Source: Candidatus Eiseniibacteriota bacterium (GTDB taxonomy: Bacteria > Eisenbacteria > RBG-16-71-46 > CAVPCR01). From it: DNA of 64,000 nucleotides. Positions 55,704-64,000 of this stretch are shown one piece after another. Each line of letters opens with the position of its first letter. Position 1 is the first letter of the stretch. Both the position numbers and the translations under genes were made by a program. The stretch is taken from assembly GCA_963702435.1 (NCBI GenBank), contig CAVPCR010000001.1, positions 832,001-896,000 on the forward strand, read 5' to 3'. The notes beneath the pieces are model-generated. The model saw only the letters and a list, made by a program, of their open reading frames with translations, ran no database searches and was not told the DNA's origin.

Positions 55704-58162
55704 CTTGCCTGACCGGCGTGCGGCCGGCGGTCGCGGCGACGACAAGGAGTCCCGTCGCGTACATCGCGCCGGCGGCAAGGAGCGTCCCGCGGAAGCCGAT
55801 CGCCATCGCCAGAACCACCGCCACCACCGATCCCAGCACCGAGGCGCTGCCGTTCCAGGCCCACATCCAGGGCGCGATGCCGGCGCCGGCGAGGGCGCGC
55901 ATGCCGAGCGGGAAGAGCGTGCCGAGGAGGAGGCCGAGCGGCGCCATGCAGAGGACGACGGCCGCGATCCGGATCCCGAGCGAGGACGTGGCGAGAGCGT
56001 CGAGCCACGACGGAACGACGAGAGCGATCCACAGCGCCGCGAGCGCAGCGCCGGCGCCGGAGAGCGAGGAGATAGCGCCGGAACCAGGCGAGCGGCAGGC
56101 GCTGGCTCAGGAGGCTTCCGCCGCCGCTCGCCAGGAGCAGCGCGAAGAGGACGACGCTCGTCGCGTACACCGGATGGCCGAGGAAAAGCACGAGCATCTG
56201 GAGGAGCGGCATCTCGAACAGCATGAAGCCGATCCCGAGCGTTCCGAAGTAGAGGAGCGCCGGGCCGCGCGGCAGATGCTCCGCCCGCGGCGCGGACGCC
56301 GCCGCCGCCATCGAGCCGGCGGCACTGTGCAGCGCGAGCGGGACGAGCAGAACGAGCAGGGAGAGAACGCCGACCACGAGCAGGAGTGTCGCCAGGGTCG
56401 TGACCGCCACCTGGTTGAACTCCTGCCCGGCCGCGTAGCGCGGCGCCCGGAAGACATCGCGCCAGCGCACCATCTGGAAGAAGAAGGGGCGATCGTCGGT
56501 CGGCGGCGACACGTCGAACTGGTAGCGATCGAGGAATCCCGCGAAGTCGCCGGTCGTGAGCAGCTCGTGATAAGCGGCGGCGATCGATGAGGGCGGCGGC
56601 GGCAACCCCGGGGCGTAGATGGTCGCGAATCCACGCGCCGTGCCCATCTCCGTGATGCGCCGGATCTCCTCCGGCGTGAAGGGAGTCTTCTTGAAGAGAC
56701 AGGTGGCAATGGGATTGACCGCGGTGACCACCACGTGCGCGGCGACCGGCCCGATCCCCAGTTCCGCCGCTGCCTGCCGGTAGAGCGCGAGGATCCGCAG
56801 GTCCTGCTGCGGCGGATCGGTGATGAAGCGCGAGATCGAGAGCACGCCGCGATCGCTCAGCCGCCCGATGTAGTCCTTGATCGCCTCCACCGTGTAGAGC
56901 GAGTTCTCCGACAGGCTGTAGGCCCCGGCGGCGGTCGCCGCCCAGGTGTCGATGAGCGAGATCTGGATCACGTCGAACCGGCGGGCGTCGCGGCGCACGA
57001 AGTGGCGCCCGTCGGCGATCACGGTCTCCACGCGCGGATGGCCGGCATAGATGCGGCCCGTGAAATCCGCGAGCTTGGTCCGGATGGGCTCGACGACGAG
57101 CGGATTGATCTCGACAGCGACGACCTGCGGTGCCCCGAACCCGAGGGCGGTGACGACGTCGCGGCCGCCGCCCGGGCCGATGATGAGCGTGTGCGGCTCC
57201 GCGACCGCCAGGTAGGGCGAGGCGGTGACGTCGAACTCGAGGTGCGGCAGCCGCGAGAAGTCGCGCCCGTCGAAGCGGGAGATGGGAGTGCCGGCCAGGT
57301 TGTCGATGAGGAGGAACATCTGCTCGACCGCCGGGAACATGCCGGCATGGGCGAGACCCCAGCCGGCCGGCGGCGTCGGGTGCGGGCACGAGTAGACCGC
57401 CACCTTGGAGTACGAGTTCCATCCGCTCCACACGGTCTCGAGCTCGTGGGTCCCCCACTGCTGCGCCGCCGCGAGGATGCGCCCCTCGCCGACGGCGATG
57501 AACGGGCGGATCCGCTGCCCGCCGAGGAGGGCGAGGACGAGGACGAGCACGGCGACGCCGTACGTGCGGGCGCGCCCCAGCGCGGGGAGCGCTGCGGCGG
57601 CGGTGATCGCCGAGACGACGAACATGAACTCGATGCCGCCCACCAGATCGAAGAGCGGGATGACGAGCACGCAGCCGAGGGCGGAGCCGGCGAGGCTCGC
57701 CGCATAGAGGGGGCCGGCGCGCTCGGCCCGCGCCGCGAAGGCCAGGGCGAAGGCGGCGCCGGCGGCGAGGAAGGGCAGTGCTGCGGCCAGGAACATCCCG
57801 AGGAGCAGGAAGAAGGCGGGGAACGCGCCCGCCGCGAGCGGATCGCCGAGGCGAGTGTAGGCGAGGAATCCCGCCGTGGTCGTCGCGGCGAAGACGATCA
57901 TGAGCCGGGCGACCACGCCGCGGACCGCGGCGATGGGAGCAGTGCCGTCGGCCCCCGGCCGGCGCCGCGCTCGCCGGTAGTAGGCGAGGAGCCCGCCGGC
58001 GCTCAGGCCGAACATGGCCAGGGAGACGGCGGCGAAGGCGAAGTGGTAGAAGACGAGCGCCGAGAAGATGCGCGTGATCCCGATCTCGACCAGGAGCACG
58101 GAGGAGCTGAGGATGAAGACGAGGGCGAAGAGCGCGCGATCGTTCCGGCGGTCAGCGGTCAT
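55684..58162 (-). CDS. Membrane-fused spermidine-synthase-like SAM-dependent protein, one frameshift near 56060
   Basis: TM N-terminus; IIGPGGGRDV, VEINP, DGRHF, ENSLYTVEA, TDDRPFF; C-terminal TMs (WMWAWNG) continue in another frame after one extra C. Confidence 0.85.
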
Positions 58163-58222
58163 GATCGCGGGAGATTATCATGCGGAGGGCGCCCGCCCCG
58201 GACCGCCGCCCGGGTGCGTCGC

Positions 58223-61200
58223 TCAGGGTGTGACGCCCGCCGCTGACACGGACGCAGCAGCCGCCGCCGCGGCCGCCTCCGCCTCCGCCGCCGCCGTCTC
58301 CTCGCGGGCCCGCTCCTCGGCCCGCACGAAGCGCGCGACGAGCGTGTAGACGACCGGCACCAGGATCAGCGTCAGGAAGGTCGAGAAGAGCACGCCGCCG
58401 ACCACCGCGATCCCGAGCGGGCGGCGCGATTCGGCGCCGGCGCCGAGCCCGATCGCGATCGGCAGCACGCCGAAGATGGTCGAGAACGCTGGTCATGAGG
58501 ATCGGGCGGAGCCGGATCCGCGCCGCCTCGACGACCGCCATCGCAGGACCGGCCGCCCGCGCGCCCGGAGCTGGTTCGCGAACTCGACGATCAGGATCGC
58601 GTTCTTGGTCACGAGCCCGATCAGCATGATGAGCCCGATCTGCGAGTAGATGTTGAGGCTCTGCCTGAAGAGGAAGAGCGAGATGAAGGCGCCGAACACC
58701 GCCAGCGGCACCGAGAGCAGGATGGTGAGCGGGTGGATGAAGCTCTCGAACTGCGCCGCGAGCACCAGGTAGATGAAGACCACCGCGAACAGGAACATGA
58801 AGTAGAGCGTCGACGCTCGACTCCCGGAACTCGCGCGACTGGCCGGCGAGATCCCGCTCGCACGCCGGCCGGGAGCTCGTTCTTCGCGATGCGGTCGAGG
58901 TCGTCGAGCGCCTTCCCGAGGCTCACGCCGGGCGCCAGATTGGCGGTGATGGTCGCCGAGCGCAGGCGGTTGAAGTGGTTGAGCTCCTTCGGCGCCACGG
59001 TCTCCCGCACCTTGACCACGCTGGCCAGCTGGACGAGCCCGCCCTTGCCGCGCAGGTAGATGCCCTCGATCGCGTCCGGAGTCGCCCGCCCCGCCGGCCT
59101 GCAGCTGGGTGATCACGTCGTACTGCTTGTCGCCGCGCTTGAAATCGGAGACCACACGCCCGCCGAGGAGCGTCTCGAGCGTGGTGCCGATGTCGGCCAC
59201 CGACACGCCCGAGCCCCGAGGCGCGCTCGCGGTCGATCGAGATGTCGAGCTGCGGCTTGTTGAGGCGCAGGTCGGAGTCCAGGTTGATGAGGTAGCCGAG
59301 CTCGCGCGCCTTCCCCATCATGATGCTGCGTCGCCTGCTGCAGCTCCTCGTAGCTGTCGGCCTGCAGCACGTACTCGATCTCGGACGACGAGAACGTCCG
59401 CCGAGGCTCGGCGGGTTGACCAGGAAGGCGAGCACGCCCGGGATGCCGAGGAGCTGCGGGAAGAGCTCGCGCGACGATCTCCTGCTGCGACCGCTCCCGC
59501 TCGGCCCGCGGCTTCAGGTTCAGGAACACGAACCCGTTGGTGACTCGCCCGGGACCGCCGAAGCCGAGCCCGGTGGCGGTGAAGAGCGCCTGCCGCTCGG
59601 GCACGGCCATGAGCCGCGCCTCGACCTGGCGCATGTAGCGGTCGGTGTAGTCGAGGGTCGCGCCCTCCGGGGCGATGACGATGCCGAAGGCGGTGCCGCG
59701 GTCCTCGGTCGGCACGAGCTCGCGCGGCAGCAGGCGGAAGATGACCACGGTCGCCGCCACGGCGAGGACCGCGCTCGCGAGCACGAGCCCGCGCCGGCGG
59801 AGCGCGTAGCGGAGCGACCACTCGTAGAGGCGGTCGAGCCCGTCGAAGAAGGCGTCGAAGGAGCGCGCCGCCCAGCCGCTCCCCGTGCCGTGGATCGGCT
59901 TCAAGATACGCGAGCAGAGCATCGGGCGTGAGCGTCAGCGCCACGAATCCCGAGATGGCGACCGCCACCGCCACCGTGAGGCCGAACTCGCGGAACAGCC
60001 GCCCGATCGAGCCGGTCAGGAAGGCGACCGGCATGAAGACCGCGACCAGCGTGATGGTGGTCGCGACGACGGCGAACCCGATCTCCTTGGCGCCGTCGAA
60101 GGCCGCGCGCCGGCGCGGACTTCCCCATCTCCATGTGGCGGAAGATGTTCTCGAGCACGACGATGGCGTCGTCGACCACGAGCCCGATCGCGAGCACGAG
60201 CGCGAGCAGGGTCAGGATGTTGATCGTGAAGCCGAGGAAGTAGGCGACGGCGAAGGCGCCGATGATCGAGATCGGGATGGCCAGGGTGGGCATGATCGTG
60301 GCGCGCAAGCTCTTCAGGAAGACGAAGATGACGAGGACGACGAGCGCCATCGCGATGAAGAGGGTCTCGCGCACCTCGTGGATCGAGTCCTCGATGAAGC
60401 GCGAGGAATCGTAGGCGACGTCGAGCTGCATCCCCTCAGGAAGCTGCGCTCGGAGCTCGGGGAGCGCCCGTCGCACCTCGGCCGCGACCTCAACCGTGCT
60501 CGCCTTCGACTGCTTGACGATGCCGAGTCCGACGCAGGGCTCGCCGTTGAAGCGCGCAACGCTCCGCTCGTCCTCGGCGCCGACCACGACCTCGGCGACG
60601 TCGCCGAGCCGGACGAACTCGTCGCCCTCCTGGGCGACGATGATGGCCGCGAACTCCTCGGGCGTCGCGAGCTCCCCGCGCGTGCGCACGGCGAACTCGC
60701 GACCGAGCCCCTCGACGCGGCCGGCCGGGATCTCGGCGTTGCTCGCGGCGGATCGCGGTCTCGATGTCCTGCACGGTCAGCCCGTGCGCGGCGAGGCGTT
60801 GCGGGTCGAGCCACACCCGCATGGCGTAGCGGCGCTCGCCGCCGATGAAAACGGTGCCGACGCCGGGGAGGCGCTGCAGCCGGTCCTTGATCACGCGATC
60901 GGCGATCTCCGAGAGCTCGAGCGCCGAGTGCCGGGTGCTCGAGAGCGCGAGCCAGAAGATCGGCTGGGCGTTGGCGTCCACCTTGGCGACGATCGGGTCG
61001 TCGGCCTCGCGTCGGCAGCTGACCGCGCACGCGGGATACGCGGTCGCGCACGTCGTTGGCCGCCTCGTCCACGTCGCGCTTCAGCTCGAACTCGACCGTG
61101 ATCACCGAACCCTGCTCGCGGCTCGAGGAGGTGATCGTCTTCACGCCCTCGATGGTCGACGAGCTGCTCCTCGAGCACATCGGTGATCTCGGTCTCGATG

Positions 61201-61373
61201 ACGTTCGAGCTCGCGCCGCGGTAGAGAGTGGTGATCGAGACGATCGGCGGATCGATGTCCGGGTACTCGCGCACCGGCAGGCGCCCGAGCGCGATGAGCC
61301 CGAAGAGGACGATGGCGAGGCTCATCACCGTCGCGAAGACGGGGCGCTGGATCGAGACTTCGCTGAGCTTCAT
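58223..61373 (-). pseudogene. RND (AcrB/MexF-type) efflux permease with roughly a dozen or more frameshifts
   Basis: Consecutive fragments [58 protein letters not shown] in shifting frames; may be intact in vivo. Confidence 0.8.
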
Positions 61374-61402
61374 GCTATCGCTTCACCCTGACGCGTCGCG
61401 TC

Positions 61403-63475
61403 CTAGTACCAGATGTATCCCTTGAAGAAGAGCGCGGAGAGGGGCGGCAAGGTCAGGTTGAGCGACCAGGGCCGTCCGTGCATCCACACGGGCTCGGCCT
61501 CCACGCGCCCGCCGTTGCCGAGACCGCTTCCCCAGTACTCGCGCGCGTCCGAGTTGAGGAGCTCCGTCCAGGTGCCGCCGCCGGGCACACCGACGCGGTA
61601 GCCGATGCGCGGCACCGGCGTCAGGTTCAGGACGACGAGGATCACCTCGGTCCCGTGCCGGCCGCGGCGCATGAACGAGAGCACGCTCTGGTCGGCGTCG
61701 TTGCAGTCTATCCACTCGAAGCCGGAAGGGCTGAAGTCCAGCTCGTAGAGCGCCGGCTCCCGGCGGTAGAGATGGTTCAGATCGGCGAGCCAGCGCGTGA
61801 CCCCGGCATGCGGCTCCCACTGGAGCAGGTGCCAGTCGAGGCTCTGGTCGTGTTTCCACTCGTCCCACTGTCCGAACTCGCCGCCCATGAACAGGAGCTT
61901 CTTCGCCGCCTGGCCGTACATGTAACCGAAGAGCAGGCGGAGGTTCGCGAACTTCTGCCAGTCGTCGCCCGGCATGCGGCCAAGGAGCGAGCTCTTCCCG
62001 TGCACCACCTCGTCATGCGAGAGGGGCAGGACGAAGTTCTCGTGGAAGGCGTACAGCATGCGGAAGGTCAGGTTGTTGTGGTGGTGCCGGCGGTGGATCG
62101 GATCGCGCCCCATGTAGTAGAGCGTATCGTGCATCCAGCCCATGTCCCACTTGAGACCGAAGCCGAGCCCGCCGAGGTGGGTCGGTCGCGACACCATCGG
62201 CCACGACGTCGACTCCTCGGCCGTCATCTGCACGTCGGGGAAACGCCGGTAGACGGCTTCGTTCAGCCGGCGCAGGAAGCGGATGGCGGCCAGGTTCTCG
62301 CGCCCGCCGAACTCGTTCGGGATCCACTCGCCCGCCTGGCGCGAGTAGTCGAGGTAGAGCATCGAGGCCACCGCATCCACGCGGAGCCCGTCCACGTGGT
62401 AGCGGTCGAGCCACAGGAAGGCGCTCGACATGAGGAAGCTCGGGATCTCGTTCCGATCGTAGTTGAAGATCGAGCTCCCCCAGTCGGGGTGATAGCCCTG
62501 GCGCGGATCGGCATGCTCGAAGAGATGCGTGCCGTCGAAGTACGAGAGCCCGTGCTCATCGGTCGGAAAGTGCGACGGCACCCAGTCGAGAATCACGCCG
62601 ATCTTGTGCTGGTGCAGATAGTCGATGAGATACATGAAATCCTGCGGCGTGCCGTAGCGGCTCGTCGGCGCGAAGAAGCCGGTCGTCTGGTAGCCCCAGG
62701 AGCCGTAGAACGGATGCTCCATCACCGGCAGGAACTCGACGTGGGTGAACCCCATGCGCTCGACGTGCTCGGCCAGCAGCGGCGCCATCTCGCGATAGGT
62801 GAGCGGACGCCCGCCCTCCTCGGGGACGCGCCGCCAGGAACCGATGTGCACCTCGTAGATCGCCAGCGGCCGATCGAGCCCGTTCTGCTCGCGGCGGCTG
62901 GCCATCCACTCGGCGTCGTTCCAGGTGTAGTCGAGGTCCCACACCACCGAGGCGGTCTTCGGCGGCACCTCGTGCCGGAACCCGAACGGATCCGCCTTGT
63001 CGACGCGGTAACCGTTGTGACGCGATGCGATGTGATACTTGTAGACGTCGCCGCGCTTGATCCCGGGGATGAACCCCTCCCAGATGCCCGAGCTCGCGCG
63101 CGGGCGGAGCGGGTGGCTCCCGCGGTTCCAGCCGTTGAAGTCGCCCATCACGAACACCTGCTCCGCGCTCGGCGCCCACACCGCGAAGTAGGTGCCCTTG
63201 ACCCCGTCCTCGACCATGGGATGCGCGCCGAGCCGCTCATAGAGCGCGGCGTGCGTGCCCTCGTTGAAGAGGTAGAGATCCTGGTCCGAGAGGCGCGTGA
63301 CGTCGTGGCGCACCTTGGATCCGGGCATGGTCGCACCTGGCGTGGCAGCGGGCACGGCCGTAGCGGGCCCGGCCGCACCAGGCATGGTCGCACCAGGCGT
63401 CGCAGCGGGCACGGCCGCACCGGGCCCGGCCGCAGCAGGCGTGATCGCACCGGGCGTGATCGCAACTCGAGTCAT
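61403..63475 (-). CDS. glgB: 1,4-alpha-glucan branching enzyme
   Basis: [54 protein letters not shown]. Confidence 0.97.
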   Translation of the reverse strand: MTRVAITPGAITPAAAGPGAAVPAATPGATMPGAAGPATAVPAATPGATMPGSKVRHDVTRLSDQDLYLFNEGTHAALYERLGAHPMVEDGVKGTYFAVWAPSAEQVFVMGDFNGWNRGSHPLRPRASSGIWEGFIPGIKRGDVYKYHIASRHNGYRVDKADPFGFRHEVPPKTASVVWDLDYTWNDAEWMASRREQNGLDRPLAIYEVHIGSWRRVPEEGGRPLTYREMAPLLAEHVERMGFTHVEFLPVMEHPFYGSWGYQTTGFFAPTSRYGTPQDFMYLIDYLHQHKIGVILDWVPSHFPTDEHGLSYFDGTHLFEHADPRQGYHPDWGSSIFNYDRNEIPSFLMSSAFLWLDRYHVDGLRVDAVASMLYLDYSRQAGEWIPNEFGGRENLAAIRFLRRLNEAVYRRFPDVQMTAEESTSWPMVSRPTHLGGLGFGLKWDMGWMHDTLYYMGRDPIHRRHHHNNLTFRMLYAFHENFVLPLSHDEVVHGKSSLLGRMPGDDWQKFANLRLLFGYMYGQAAKKLLFMGGEFGQWDEWKHDQSLDWHLLQWEPHAGVTRWLADLNHLYRREPALYELDFSPSGFEWIDCNDADQSVLSFMRRGRHGTEVILVVLNLTPVPRIGYRVGVPGGGTWTELLNSDAREYWGSGLGNGGRVEAEPVWMHGRPWSLNLTLPPLSALFFKGYIWY
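63321..63434. repeat. 57-bp imperfect tandem duplication in the glgB 5' region
   Basis: Encodes AAGP(GA/AT)[13 protein letters not shown] twice. Confidence 0.85.
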
Positions 63476-64000
63476 GATTTTTCCCCTCCCGCCGGCGGCG
63501 CCGGCGCATCGCCGCCCGGCCCGGGCTGGCTCGTGACGGGGATCACCTTCGCTCCCTCGAACAGCTTCTGATGACCCGCGCGCACCACCTGCATGCCGGG
63601 ATCGAGCCCCTTCACCACCTCGACCTGGTCGGGGAGGCGGGTGCCGAGCTCGAGCACCGCGCGCGTCACCGTCGAGTCGGGCTTGATGACGAAGGCGAAG
63701 TTCTGATCGCCCTCGGCGAACACCGCCTCGCTCGGGATGGTGAGCGCATCGGCGCGCTCGCTGAGCACCGCTGTCACGTTGGCCGACATGCCCGGGCGGA
63801 AACGGCCGCCCGGATTCTTGACCCGCGCCAGGATCCTGGCGCTCCGGAGCGCCGGATCGAGCACCGGGTCGACGACGTCGATCACGCCGGTGAGCTCGAC
63901 GCCGGGGTAAGCGGGCGTGGTCACCGTGACGCGCGCGCCGCGCTTGAGCTCGGCGAGATAGCGCTCCGGAGCCGAGAAGGCGACCTTGATCTCCTGGACG
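63472..64000 (-). CDS. RND efflux periplasmic adaptor (MFP), 5'-truncated by window edge
   Basis: [46 protein letters not shown]. Confidence 0.92.
   Translation of the reverse strand, partial: VQEIKVAFSAPERYLAELKRGARVTVTTPAYPGVELTGVIDVVDPVLDPALRSARILARVKNPGGRFRPGMSANVTAVLSERADALTIPSEAVFAEGDQNFAFVIKPDSTVTRAVLELGTRLPDQVEVVKGLDPGMQVVRAGHQKLFEGAKVIPVTSQPGPGGDAPAPPAGGEKS

Noticed and set aside
58223..61373. Programmed recoding or phase variation of the RND gene
   Set aside because: Indels are numerous, scattered and not in simple-sequence tracts

Overview
A very GC-rich bacterial genomic segment of about 47 densely packed protein genes. I found no rRNA, tRNA, CRISPR array, integrase or transposase. 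Secreted proteins ending in FlgD/T9SS-like tails or in a 'PVExxTWGxIKxxY' tail suggest an FCB-related candidate phylum such as Eisenbacteria, Krumholzibacteria or Latescibacteria (inference). Contents: partial arginase; many peptidases (two S8, M28, tricorn S41, a second S41, M16C-like, S9A prolyl oligopeptidase); a stand-alone ECF sigma / soluble ZAS anti-sigma / TPR-CHAT caspase-like protease module; a second ECF sigma fused to a ZAS-like zinc finger; an ArsR-controlled arsenic cluster (ArsP-like permease, two thioredoxin-fold proteins, CcdA, Acr3); an AAA+/DUF4143 gene with a palindromic promoter; a B12 radical SAM enzyme; an orphan divergent PstS; and an RND efflux locus with glgB wedged between the adaptor and a heavily frameshifted permease (probably sequencing error). 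The best candidates for undescribed biology are the sigma/anti-sigma/CHAT module (possibly with the nearby S8 lipoprotein) and the shared C-terminal TWGxIK motif. About seven genes appear to be leaderless. All calls come from reading motifs by eye; no database searches were run, and start codons are best guesses.
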